Of a DNA stretch of 64,000 nucleotides, positions 22,573 to 34,328 are shown piece by piece (within the stretch, counting starts at the first letter, position 1; every line of letters begins with the position of its first letter). The DNA is from an uncultured Nitrososphaerales archaeon (GTDB taxonomy: Archaea > Thermoproteota > Nitrososphaeria > Nitrososphaerales > Nitrososphaeraceae), in NCBI GenBank assembly GCA_963709405.1, contig CAVPXM010000050.1:1-64000 (forward strand), written 5' to 3'. The notes under the pieces are model-generated. The model saw only the letters and a list, made by a program, of their open reading frames with translations. It searched no databases and was not told where the DNA came from. Both the position numbers and the translations under genes were made by a program.

Positions 22573-22780
22573 GCTTCAATATTTAAAGATAGGCTGAAAA
22601 CAGAAGGACAAGCTCAGATCCGAACACACAATGAAAAAGATATCGCTGAGTAATGTTCACAAGCTATTCCTTAACTAAATTTCATAATTAGATCACGTGG
22701 CAATCTCAATTTAATTTAATTATTGCTGCCCTAAAACTGTGATATAGATATTTTGCATGGGAACCAGCATTCTGCTATTA

Positions 22781-23200
22781 TTATATATGATCTCTACGTT
22801 CGTGTGATGCTCCTCTACCTGTTAACGAATCACTATAGGCGCCTGAAACCTCAATCACAAAGTCAAAGTCATTTAATCTTTTGAGAATGTCGCACGTTAA
22901 TCTCATATTAGTTACATAGTGAGTACCATTGTCGTAAATTGCTGGAACAAACCCAGATGTTTTCCATATGTGATTTCTACACCATTCCGAATCGGTACCT
23001 TTCTTGGTAAATACTTCGACCATGTAAAAAGGTGCACGTTCAGTCTTTTTCTTGTTCGCGTATCAGTATGTCATGAAGGAGTGCAGGATCTATTTTTGGA
23101 AGGTATGTATGATACAGCGTCTCTAGCCCCTGGAAGACATCCTAATTTCCTGCAGTTCTGTAGTCATTATCATTTAATACTTTGCGCCCTCTTTCCCATT
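22781..23200 (-). pseudogene. Conserved thaumarchaeal hypothetical protein, frameshifted
   Basis: MVEVFTKKGTDSE...PAIYDNGTHYVTNMRLT; upstream part lies in other frames. Confidence 0.5.
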
Positions 23201-23371
23201 ATGACGACTTGGACTTGTTTGAGGTAGCATCAAGACTGTTTTAATTTCTTTGAACATGCAAGGTCTTATTTTTGTGTCCTTGATTCTGCAGGCGGTAAAG
23301 TGCCATGCCAATTCCAGCGAAATATAAGTAACAACAAATCCGATAACTACATACAGGATGTTTTCTATCAT
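23174..23371 (-). CDS. Small membrane protein
   Basis: One N-terminal TM helix followed by AWHFTAC. Confidence 0.5.
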   Translation of the reverse strand: MIENILYVVIGFVVTYISLELAWHFTACRIKDTKIRPCMFKEIKTVLMLPQTSPSRHNGKEGAKY

Positions 23372-23401
23372 TGTTACTTATAGATCATAAGAGTAGTCAG
23401 A

Positions 23402-23830
23402 ATGAGCCGATTAAAGGAAATATGTCAGACTACTTCCAAAATTGCGGTAATAGACATAGAAAGGGAAAACAGATTATCAAAGGTTATTTCATTGTACAGT
23501 AAGGGTCTAAATCAGGAAGAAATAGCCCAAGAACTACATGTAGATCAATCTACAGTAAGTAGAGATCTACAATATATCAAACATGAAGCAAAAATCAAAA
23601 TAGAAAAGTATCTGAGAGACGACATCTTGTTTGAGTATGTAAGATACATGGCAGGTTCTAATGAAATAACTAGGCATTTGTGGGAAATTGTTCAAGACAA
23701 TGATACCACTACTAAAGAGAAAACTAATGCTCTATCATGCTTAATGCAATCATACAATAGTCGTCTTCAAAACAGTTACTTGCGGTCCAGAATCATATAT
23801 GAATATCAAGAAAAGTCTATCAGAAATTGA
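23402..23830 (+). CDS. HTH-domain protein
   Basis: SKGLNQEEIAQELHVDQSTVSRDLQ; probably frameshifted near its 3' end. Confidence 0.8.
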   Translation: MSRLKEICQTTSKIAVIDIERENRLSKVISLYSKGLNQEEIAQELHVDQSTVSRDLQYIKHEAKIKIEKYLRDDILFEYVRYMAGSNEITRHLWEIVQDNDTTTKEKTNALSCLMQSYNSRLQNSYLRSRIIYEYQEKSIRN

Positions 23831-24607
23831 TCTGCAGAGACTGGTAAAGAGTAGTCCTGTTTTGCAAGCACAAGTTAATCAAAGAAAATTATTAAATAGA
23901 TGATCTGCATTCGCCAAACTTAACAAATCTGTCTATAATTGATTCTAGACACTTTACTTTTTTTAATGAAAACTACTAAACATGTCAAAGTGTTGAAATA
24001 TCTTTCTTTCGTTGTTATATTTCTGGAGCCGGTTGCATACCAGATCTTCCATAACCTTGTCACTGATTCGTCCATATATTCCTTATTTATGTCGAACTCA
24101 ACAGATATTCTCTTAAACGCTCTAGACTTGCAGTTCAGTCTGTGTCATATATTTTAAAAGGCTGAGAGATAACCCTTGATAGAATCGAAGGCTGTATTAC
24201 AGTTTTCGGTATACGGATAACAATTCAGGAATAAAATTTTGCGGTTCCCTTGCCTAACTACAACATCATTACTGATTGCAGGTGGATTCAATCAACTATG
24301 CAATAGAGCATTACAAACTGGCCCGGTAACTAATTTCAGATCGGACTACATGATTTGAGACACATGGCGGTTTTTGAAGACGATATTATCCTTGACGTAG
24401 CTTCCAAAGAGATAGAAAGTCTTGGTCATGAATTAGTTAAGGCTGTCGGAATAGAGGGTAAATCGTATCCTTAGCCACGTGGAGAATCAGATATAATGGG
24501 ATTTTCAATATCCTGATAAACTGCAAATATTAAATCAGTAGATCTCTTGCGTAATTAGAAGATTACAGGCTATATTCGACGTCATATAGGATATTTATGT
24601 GATATCT

Positions 24608-25328
24608 CAGGACCAAAACCAGCATAATGATTGTTTGCTCCTACTATTGCCAGATTAATTTTCTCTTGTTCTTCATCTCTGGCTCTTTTCAGAAATCTAG
24701 CCCATTTTTTCATCTCTGAAACCCTATCTTTTTGTATCTTGCCAAAATCTTTTCCTTGTATGGTCCTATCTCCAATGAATCTAATATACAGAAAATCTGA
24801 TGTAACTATTGGAGGAGTTCTTATTCCAGCAAGTTGACTCTAGACCATGCACATATTGTTATTTGCAAAAAAACTATATGCCAAGTCTTGAAACCAAGAA
24901 CTGTCTCTAACTTCTACAGCATACCTGAATCTTTTATCTAATTCAGGTATGATATCTCTTAAACGATTCATGCCTTCAACTATACCCATCGATGGTGGTA
25001 GCTGTATTAATAATGCTAAGATTTTATCTTCAAGATAGACAATAGAAGAAAAGAATAATTCTAGTTCTTTTTCAACATTTTTTAATCTTTTATCATGAGT
25101 TATAACTTTTGGAAATTTAGCAGCAAATCTAAAATGGTCTGGAATCTTTTTACACCAGTTCTTTACCATAAATTCGTTAGGAATTCTGTAGAAAGAAGAA
25201 TCGATTTCGACAAAATCAAATACTTGAGCACAGTAATTTAGTCAACGGGAATTATCTAGATTGTGAGGATAAAATGGTCCTTGCCAAGCTGAATAACTCC
25301 ATCCAGAGCAGCCAATGTGGTATTGCAA
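24608..25328 (-). pseudogene. DUF72 family protein; two nonsense codons, C-terminus missing
   Basis: IGCSGWSY..WQGPFYP, VEIDSSFYRIP, KFPKVITH, LIQLPPS, YIRFIGDR, NNHYAGFGP; stops fall at expected Trp positions. Confidence 0.88.
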
Positions 25329-25586
25329 GTATGATGATGTATAGTAAAAGGTGATGGTTTTGAATAAAGATTGTGAAGCCTAGCTAGTTGTTAATCGATA
25401 CACTCTTTGTATATTTTGTTGTTCACAAATAAAAAAGAGAGTGCTATGCCATCAAAAGGGATATTTGGTATCGGAATAAGCATATTCTTTTTAGGACTGG
25501 TTCTATGGAGAGGATGGAATGTAATCAGCCTCCCCCTCTCTGATAAGTATTACATTTTATAATAATCACGATATCGAAATCTGGTT

Positions 25587-25826
25587 ATGAGGAAGAAGAA
25601 CCCATTACTGCAAGTTCAATCTGATCCATTAGACGTGCAGGAAGCAAGAGAGACCAAACCAAATGCTGAACTAAAAGAGATAGACCACGAAATAGAATGT
25701 CCTCGCTGCCATGACGTAATGATATTATCATCTGAATTTGATAGGCTAGGCTACTCGTGCGAAAAGTGTAGTTTCTTATTATATTTGACTTTAAAATGGG
25801 TAGAACAATTCCGTCGTTTAGATTAG
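25587..25826 (+). CDS. Small zinc-ribbon protein
   Basis: ECPRCHD...YSCEKC. Confidence 0.65.
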   Translation: MRKKNPLLQVQSDPLDVQEARETKPNAELKEIDHEIECPRCHDVMILSSEFDRLGYSCEKCSFLLYLTLKWVEQFRRLD

Positions 25827-26077
25827 CAACATCAGATGAAAAGGAAGAATGGAAGGAATTTCGCAACTGTCTTGGCAGATCTGACAGGAAATTATTTGAT
25901 AGAATGTTTTCTATTAGTCATTTGTATAATTCAGCGTGTTCTTATGCTGCCAGTCCTGTAAGAATACAGCCAATCTTCCTGTCTATTATATTCGATCATT
26001 ATAAGACATTAAAAAAGTTGGATGAACAAGAAAAGTCAAGACAATTGAAACTAGATGAGATTAAGCCCACTAACTAA
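25796..26077 (+). CDS. Small alpha-helical protein of the 'MGRT' family usually linked to archaeal PolB2 loci (arCOG07300-like)
   Basis: MGRTIPSFR..E..EWK.FR..L...DRK.FD.MF....Y.SA.S.A..P pattern, recognised from memory. Confidence 0.6.
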   Translation: MGRTIPSFRLATSDEKEEWKEFRNCLGRSDRKLFDRMFSISHLYNSACSYAASPVRIQPIFLSIIFDHYKTLKKLDEQEKSRQLKLDEIKPTN

Positions 26078-26395
26078 CTAAGGAATCAACGAACTAACCA
26101 GAATATGACCATGTTCACTAATTGTAGCAAATGCAGTAGCGATAACGTATTCCATTCAGTTCATGATACATCGGTCAAACCAAATCATACACGATTCATA
26201 TGTTTTAATTGTGGTAACGTCTGGATACAGCAGAACAATAACGATGGCAGGCTATTGTAAACAATATAGCTATTTACCAGATTTGAGTCAATATTTTAAC
26301 AAACGCGGGATTAAGACATTCACCAAAATGAACAATCAACTCTTTAAAAAGCATCTGTATAATCAGGTATCTAATGGATTATATCTTGGTATAAG

Positions 26396-26866
26396 TCATA
26401 CCTGCATTTTACCGTAGTCCCATGTAGAAAAGAACTTCGGACTAATTTCAATAACTACATTATCTCCATTTTTTGAACCCTCAGATATCATTTTTGCGAT
26501 TGGGTGATCAAGCGTCCCAAGGTATTTCATACTAATTCTATCTCCTTGTGAAACTGTTTTATCTGGATCTTCTACTAAAGTTGCTATGCCTTTACCTTTG
26601 ACACCTTTATACGGAGGATTCTCATCATCTATGGAAAAATAAATAGCTGGTTTGTTCCGGAGATTTTGAGTTTTCTTGGCTAATTTAGATGTGGTTATCA
26701 GGAGTTTTTCTCTATCTTTATTATAGTAAAACCAGACTGGTTGGATATTGGGTTCACCTTGTTCGTCAATCGTAGCCAGTTGCAAATTTAATTTACTTTC
26801 AAGGAATCTCTCGACTTCTTCCTTAGTCAGGCCAGGAACTTCGGATGTGGCATTAATGATTTTCAT
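26396..26866 (-). CDS. Pyridoxamine 5'-phosphate oxidase-like protein
   Basis: LQLATIDEQGEPNIQPVWF, KKTQNLRNKP, YKGVKGKG. Confidence 0.88.
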   Translation of the reverse strand: MKIINATSEVPGLTKEEVERFLESKLNLQLATIDEQGEPNIQPVWFYYNKDREKLLITTSKLAKKTQNLRNKPAIYFSIDDENPPYKGVKGKGIATLVEDPDKTVSQGDRISMKYLGTLDHPIAKMISEGSKNGDNVVIEISPKFFSTWDYGKMQV

Positions 26867-26939
26867 AACCTTTCAACGACATACCAACAAAAAAGAGTTT
26901 CTTACTGCACAAGTCTATATTTAGTAATTATGATTTTAA

Positions 26940-27098
26940 CTAATTTAAAAAATCTGATAAAGTAGTTTGCTTCGTATTACTGCTAGACAGCGCTTCTCCT
27001 GTCTTAGGCACTTCAACATCATCCCATATTACTTCTGATAAATCCAACATTTTTCTAAAAGTGTTAGCTGTTCCAGGACCAAATCCAGCATAATGATT
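26940..27098 (-). pseudogene. DUF72 C-terminal fragment ending in a PIP-box-like motif
   Basis: Manual translation NHYAGFGPGTANTFRKMLDLSEVIWDD...KQTTLSDFLN*. Confidence 0.75.
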
Positions 27099-27220
27099 CA
27101 AACCAGATTGCAATATCATCCCAATTTAATATAGAACGATGTTGAAGTGTATATATTCTATAAATAAAAAAAGATCGAATTTAAATATATAGCATAACAA
27201 TCTATATTTATTGCAATATA

Positions 27221-27391
27221 ATGGGTAAGAATAAATCGTCACAATTAATTCCCGATTCAATCAACACTCATCTACAGATATTTGGCAAGGAATCATGGGA
27301 AATGGACTATGATCTATTTGGATATTGCCAATTCTGCAATTCCCGAATAGACGAATTAGGTTATTGTGCGTGCGGTGGATCTGCTGATTAA
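27221..27391 (+). CDS. 56-aa Cys-rich microprotein (not in ORF track)
   Basis: MGKNKSSQLIPDSINTHLQIFGKESWEMDYDLFGYCQFCNSRIDELGYCACGGSAD; AT-rich TATA-like sequence just upstream. Confidence 0.7.
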   Translation: MGKNKSSQLIPDSINTHLQIFGKESWEMDYDLFGYCQFCNSRIDELGYCACGGSAD

Positions 27392-27961
27392 TTAGTTTTT
27401 CTTCTTGTCATTAATTAATTGTTAAAATGCTCATGTTATGAAGCCTGCCTTTATTGGCAGCATTTGTAGTGACTCATCTATCCGATCTGAAAGGAATGTT
27501 TACGATGAAAGTGTCGTCCAAGCAACGATACTAAATACACTTAATGCAGAAAATATCGGGATATCGGTAGAAGGATTGGGGCGAGTTGAAAATCCTGACA
27601 CATTCAAAATAGACACTTCAAGAACTAGGCAAACGATTAGCGCCGATACTACTCCAAAAACAATCCAATAGTTGGACATCGTTTTCATAAACTTCATTCT
27701 TAGAGTAGGATCGCCAGTCAAAGTCATTTCGCAGATAACAGACTAAGGTAGATTCCAATCTATTGAACGTTGCGTTCTTATTATTTGCCAGTTACGAAAA
27801 GTGAAACTATCGGATATGAATTATTTCCGGTCTTGTAAGAATTAGTGGGCTGAAACTATAAGCCTTGTTTGATTCGAACGTATCATCTATTGGACTACAC
27901 TGACTTCCGACCTGACAACATTAAACTTGAATGCACTTGATGCCGATTATTGATGCACTAG

Positions 27962-28159
27962 TCAACGTAAAGGTCGAAATATGAAATCCCTCAATGTCTT
28001 AATTCTCTGTTGTGATATTATTCCATTAGCAAAAACGAGAGCTCCGCACGTGTTACATCGTAGCATTATTCGCCTGGTCTTGGTAGGCTTGAGCGTAGCC
28101 ATAGCATTACAAAAAAAAAGACAATGCACGTATCGTTCCCATGAATCAATAACCGACAA
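27962..28159 (-). CDS. Small zinc-ribbon protein
   Basis: CLFFC...RCNTCGALVFANG. Confidence 0.55.
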   Translation of the reverse strand: MSVIDSWERYVHCLFFCNAMATLKPTKTRRIMLRCNTCGALVFANGIISQQRIKTLRDFIFRPLR

Positions 28160-28381
28160 GTTACTGTAGTATAATACATCATATCTAAGCTATATATATA
28201 GCGCCAAAAGGAATACATGAGATAGGCACACAACCGTTACGTGCAGCCGATCTGATATACTAGTACACCTTATATAATTTCTTCCTGTAGCACGATCTGA
28301 TGGAAAGTGGAAAGGATCATACATCGATTAGAAGTATAGCTTATGAAACACTGCTTTTTCGGCTCAAGAAGGAGAGAAACA

Positions 28382-28840
28382 ATGACTGACCACAAGATAG
28401 GAACACGTGAGGAGTGGCTTGCGGACCGGCTGGAAGCTGCTCAAGGCCGAGAAGGCTCTGACGCGGCATAGCGACGAACTGGCGCAGTGGCGGCAGAGGC
28501 TGCCGTGGGTTCGAATTGATAAGGAGTACCGTTTCGAGACCGACGAGGGCAAGGCGTCTCTCGCCGATCTCTTCAGAGGACGCTCGCAGCTCCTCATCTA
28601 TCACTTCATGTTCGGTCCCGAGTACCACCAGGAGGCTGCGCTGCATGTTCGGCGATCGCGGACGGCTTCAACGGCTTCGCCGCGCATCTCGAGCACCACG
28701 ACGTCGCGATGATCGCAGTCTCACGCGCCCTGATCGCCACGCTGCAAGCCTACAAGCGCCGCATGGGCTGGACATTCACGTGGGCATCATCGCTGAACAG
28801 TGACTTCAACTACGACTTCAACACGTCGTTCACCGAGGCA
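28382..28840 (+). pseudogene. DUF899 thioredoxin-like protein, high GC, frameshifted and truncated
   Basis: MTDHKIGTREEWL..LLKAEKALTR..LPWVRIDKEYRFET..LADLFRGRSQLLIYHFMFGP..AVSRA..YKRRMGWTF.WASS..SDFNYDF; AAGGAG upstream. Confidence 0.88.
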
Positions 28841-28945
28841 GCTGCCGCTCAGCCAGCTCCGCTACCTCTGGCTGGCGATGTTGTTGTTATTGTCGTTGAA
28901 TTCGAACTTGGTTTAGGCAAGACCTGCAATGCCATGATATGACCG

Positions 28946-30602
28946 TTATAAGTCGTGTAATAGAGGAGACCGCCGTAGCCAGGAGCTGGTGGAGCACCGG
29001 CAGACATACCGCTGAAGTAGTCTGAGGCTGCTAGTAGCTTGCCTGTAGGCAGCGTCTCTCCACTGTACCTGTTCAGTGTAAGCAGGAGGAGGATTGTTCA
29101 CCATTTGAGAGATGGTCGTACCGGGGTGCATGTTTGTCCCGACGAGCACTCGGTGATTGGCCGGACCTATGAGCGACAAGAAGGCTAATGTCACTCTGGT
29201 TAGCCCTCCATGCTACTGACGTATTGCCAGTCACCGGGTTGTACTTCGAGCCCCACTATCTTGTCTGCGCCGCTGTCCTGAACGTACATCATATGGTTCA
29301 CCGGGTCAACCAGCTGAATTGGAAGGTATATCAGCTCTGCTGCCCAGGAGCAAGGGGAATCGGGTCAATTCGAGTCATCTTGCTAGCGTTGGCCTGCGAT
29401 ACAGCCACGACGCTTAGCGGTGTTGTAGTAGGTGGACAGCAGTTGGTAAAGTCGAAAACCCAGTCACCCGCGATCATATTTGCTAAAAGGTTAGTCTGAC
29501 CTGGCTTTGTAATCTTAGCTGGCAGCCAGCTGTTGTCTAGCGTAAGATTCTTGCCATTCCAAATGTAGCGGAAAAGATTTGACGAATTGCCTATGTACGC
29601 GTAATCCTTGCCATTGTACACCGTGGCGGCTACTCTAGATGCAACGTTACCCTTTAGCTGAATAGAGTCAAGTACTTTCCACGTCTTTGAATCGACTATG
29701 TCCATGACCGAATTTGGAGCACTACTTTGGCCTGGACATGGTATAGCGAAGGGAAGACCTCCATCGTATGAACATCCTGGTGCTCTAGTCTGAGATTTCA
29801 GAACAAGAGTACCGTCTGGCCAGCCTGCTATACCGTTGAAGTCGGTGTTATATGGCAGACTGGGGCCTGTTGGCAAGTTAAGCACTGCCTCGACAGCTCC
29901 TGTAGTTACCATTCAGCTTCTACAAATAGCTATCAGCGACGACTGCGAGGCTGCCATCCGCAAGCACATTGAGACCTCCAATATAGTTCCATACGCCTGT
30001 CGGAGACGTGGTAGCATTCAAGTTGGCTAGATCTGTCCGCCATAGCTGCGTTAGATCTCCGACATTGAGTTTGGCTACGAATGGTCCTGAAGGCTTTGGA
30101 ATAGCACTACCCCATGCTCCGCCATAGACATACAGTTCGTTTACTCCTCGAGTCACCGAGAAGATTGGACTATAGTACTGAACAGGGGACGCGTAGGCAA
30201 ATACCTGGTTGGGACCTGTAAACGACCCTCCGAACTGTGCGCAAGCGTATACGTGCGTACGGTTGCTGTCATGAAGCTCGGCTGGATTGACAGTAGGATA
30301 CCATGGCAGATTCTTTTCTGCCGCGGCGCACTTCGCCTCTTGTAATGCCATTGTATGATTACCGGGGAGCGATCCACCTGCTGCTTTCTGGTTAGGAGTA
30401 ACCCCCACGTTTGCAATACCTTGTGGCTGGGGTGGAGGAAGTACCGGAGCTCATTCGTAGCAAGAGTCGCGAGGCTGCTGTTGCTGCCGCCAACTCTGGC
30501 ATAGCCTGGTGGCCCACTAGTAACGGGGAGTAGCAGGCCCAGCAAGGCTAGAAAGATGAAAGCTAATAAATTCATGTTATGGATGTTCCTATAACTTTTC
30601 AT
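28946..30602 (-). pseudogene. Secreted beta-rich protein, multiply frameshifted
   Basis: Signal peptide (MNLLAFIFLALLGLLLP) in 30153..30602, continued by same-strand ORFs 29920..30408, 29331..29912 and 28946..29194. Confidence 0.6.
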
Positions 30603-31021
30603 AACGCTGTAGAGTAAAAAGAAAGCATTTAAAGAGATCTATGAGAGTGTCTTGCTCTCATGTGCAGTGCACTCGCTCGCTATCTCAGTATGACTAGCCA
30701 TCAGGCGCTAATGTACTCATCATCCAAGGTCCGGTGATACTAAGTTCGCTATCAAGAAAGTATCGATGACAATAAGTCTAAAGTAGCCGGGATCTAATGC
30801 GAGTTTGAACGCAGGCAGAGCTTGCTACCGGATTTGAATATTTTTGTATAATAATGTATTCTCAGTGTCATTACTGATAGATAATCGCGGCATCCTCTCC
30901 CTCGTATCTGGTATCCAGCTTCCTAATTAACATCAATTCCTTCAGTCGGCCTGCTTATATTCTAAAATATCTTACCATTTTTCATACAAAAATTACTTAT
31001 GGCATTACAAAGGCTTTAAAA

Positions 31022-31426
31022 TCATTTTCTTATAGCACTTTCATCCATGTATATTACTTCCCAAATATGCCCATTAATGTCCTCAAAACTGCGTCCATAC
31101 ATCCATCCGTGATCTTGGGCCTCTCTCGGTTCGCTGCCTCCAGATTCTATTGCCTTATTTATCATCTGATCTACTTTTTCTCTGCTTTCGGCGGATAATG
31201 CTACTATTACTTCTGTATTTTTTGAGGTATCACAAATTTCCTTTTTAGTAAAAGTTTTAAAAAATTTTTCAACCAAGAGCATGACGAATATATCATCACC
31301 AATAATCATACATGTTGCATTCTCATCAGTAAATTGAGGGTTAAATTTGAAACCAAGTTTGGTAAAGAACTCAATTGTTTTATTGAGATCTTTGACTGGT
31401 AAATTTACAAAAATTTTTGTTGTCAT
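31022..31426 (-). CDS. VOC/glyoxalase family protein
   Basis: KIFVNLPVKDL..FFTKLGF.FNPQFTDENA..MYGRSFEDINGHIWEV. Confidence 0.92.
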   Translation of the reverse strand: MTTKIFVNLPVKDLNKTIEFFTKLGFKFNPQFTDENATCMIIGDDIFVMLLVEKFFKTFTKKEICDTSKNTEVIVALSAESREKVDQMINKAIESGGSEPREAQDHGWMYGRSFEDINGHIWEVIYMDESAIRK

Positions 31427-31617
31427 TATTTCTGAATAAAGACTGAAGACTATAAAACGTTTTTCAAATACATGCTCTTGGTCTAAAGGATCTACTTCAA
31501 AAGAAATTTACTTTGGGTTCGTATCAGCTTGAGCCCTTATATGAGGGGATTCAATCTTATAGGATCAATATTAAGTCATTAGACTTGAAGACGCTTCTAA
31601 TTATCCTCGAGTCATTT

Positions 31618-33277
31618 TCATTGTGGCAGTATATCCCAATGTGATCCAGGACGCACAAGACCATTTTCATCTAGTACTTCGGATATTAAATGTACTTTGC
31701 CATCAGATTTTTCTTTTTGTATTTTGATATATCCAAAATTGAAGATTTTATTTTCTTGATATTTGGCTGTAGCATTAATTGTTGGATCAGGTAGACTTGC
31801 TTTAACTGGAATTGCACTTATAGGTCCACTAATCAGTTCATGGTAAATCAGTTTGTGTCCATCATGATTAGGGTCATCTTCAACTAGTATATTTGTTGGG
31901 AAGTGTACATCTGTTGCAACAACGACTACATTTTTTATATTATGGTCATCTAGGAATTTTAAAAAATCTGAACGTTCTCTTGTAAAAGTCTTTTTAAAAG
32001 TACTACTAGGTACTGTTAGTAGCCCAATTATCGCAACCTAATTCTTTGTTAAAGCAACTTGGTATTGTAGTCGGAACATCAGCAGAGATAACTTTCCATG
32101 TGGCAGCAGAGTTAAGAAGACTATCTTCTAACCATTGAAACTGATCTATACCTAATAATGTTTTATTATTTTGCGGAGTATCAGGCAGATCATTTCGGCT
32201 ACGATAAGAATGCATATCCAGTATGAACAAATCAAGGTCTTTACCCCAATGGAAAGACCTATAAATGCGATTTGGTTCGTCTTTGTTTGTATCTATTGGT
32301 GAGAAGTTAAAAAATGCATTAATGCCAGCTTTTACTACATTAGGAAAGCCCGCTCTTCCTTTAGTTGCATTAGTCCAATACAACCATTTACCACCATAAT
32401 CATTTACGACTTCATGGTCGTCTGCCTGAGAATACAAGGATGTATTACGCAAGAGACTCTGTAAATGAGGATCCGCTCTGTTATATTCCCAGTGTTTGTT
32501 GTAAATATCTTGTAGCTGAGTTTGGTTAGCCCAATTAACCTCTTTATCAGTAACACTTGGGAAGTTTCCTTCTATGTTTGTCCATCCTGTAACATTTATT
32601 GGACCATTTGCAGAACATGCAATATCTCCATAAATTTGATCTCCATTAAATATAAAGAAGTCAGGAGATAGTGACTGCATTACAGAAAAGATTGGATAAC
32701 CCTGTATTCCTCCTGTACCAAGGCGTCTACAATAGTTCTGTCCACCAAGATCCCCTCCAAAAACAAAGCTAACTGATTTGCTAGTCAAACGATCTGGAGC
32801 TGTCTTAAAAGTTCCTGTCATGTATGAGGAATTGGCTCCTAATGAGGGAGTTTTCATTGTAGATTCTTCTTTACTTTTACTGTCATTTTCAAAGTTAGAA
32901 AACCAGATACGATAATAGTATAGAGTATCATGATTAAGGGACTCAAGCTTTACGTGGCCTGAAAAATCTGCTGTCCGATTAACTAAAATAATCTTTGACT
33001 TTGCATGGGAGAAAGTTGATACAGTATCATATTGTACATTCATTAGAGCCTGTGAATTAGAACGCGACCATATGATAGTGCTATGGTCTGTAACATCACC
33101 GCTAGCAATACCACCTGTAAGAGATAATTTGTTTATGTTGATATTATTGTTGGTACTTAGCGCATGTGCTGAATAGTATGATGATAATGATAATGGTATA
33201 ACGCCAATACTGCTAAAAGCTAAAAGAGTGAAAATCACTATAGATGATATAATAATGAGTTTTGAATATTCAAACAT
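31618..33277 (-). CDS. phoD: Alkaline phosphatase D (PhoD); one frameshift near 32008
   Basis: GIASGD, FFIFNGDQIYGD, DDHEVVND, LDMHSYR; continues in another frame via VVVATDVHF...ELISGPISA to a stop at 31618. Confidence 0.88.
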
Positions 33278-33859
33278 CCAAACCTAGACAGTTACAAAAT
33301 ATTTAACGGTTCCTATATATACAGCCAGTTCACATTTAATCGATAATACCTATATCATGTACTTTAAATTGTGAACAATGGAGAAGGTCTTTAATAATAA
33401 GTCTACTACTTTTACAGGCATACCGATCTTGAATGTTCCAATGACTAACTGATATCAAATTTCTCAGGATTAATAGCTATTCTCCCATCATCATTTTTCG
33501 ATATCATTTTGCAATGTCCTATTATAGCTTAGTGCTCTGTATTGAAATTAACACGAACAACTTTCATGTCTTGAATACTATTCCATATTATTTCAGATTT
33601 GTATCTGGCAAGTATCCTACAAAACTAGGAGCTTTATCATTTTACTAGGTTAGTCAAGCATAGATAGCCGAACAGATAATAATTAAAGCAAGCCTTAATT
33701 TGCAACCGTCTTTTCAGAGTGAATTTTAGAACCACAAATACTAATATGAAAAATCTTTCGCCATCAACAACTACTTCTATCTCTTTAAATAAAGCAAGGT
33801 CAAATTCTCATAGTGGATCAAAACCAGGTATCAAAGGTTAATAAAGATGTATTCCTAAA

Positions 33860-34200
33860 TGAAGGATAGCGTTATTTGTCTCTGACTGCACTTTTTCGGT
33901 CATTTTCTGTCATAGCTATCGCCGCAATAGTTCTTTAGACGTCTTCTAACATAGCATTATCCTTTTCCAATGGACAACCCGCATCTTATGTATTAGGACA
34001 GCCGGATTTCAAGTCTAATAGCAAATTTGCAGGTGGTATTGTCACGAGTTCAAGATCACTCAACAGGCCAGTTGAACTGGCATAGACTATAAGGACAATC
34101 TTTGGGTTACCGACACTTTTAATGGTCAGGTTTTAAGTATGTTCCTCCATTTACAAATGGAAAAGTAGCAAATGTGGTATTAGGGCAACCAGACTTATGA
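33860..34200 (+). pseudogene. NHL-repeat protein remnant
   Basis: YVLGQPDF, DNLWVTDTFN and NVVLGQPD fragments in shifting frames. Confidence 0.6.
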
Positions 34201-34328
34201 ATGTGTAAAAAATCTGGGCTAATTACCCAAATTCATAATGAGATACGGAATCTCAAATTTGATGTTTGATATAATAATGTGTTCTCAGTATCATTAATAT
34301 GTTATAACAAGCTTTTTAGTATACATTA

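Noticed and set aside
30780-30840. CCGGATTTGAA resembling a reverse tRNA T-arm
   Set aside because: No acceptor stem or cloverleaf can be built around it.
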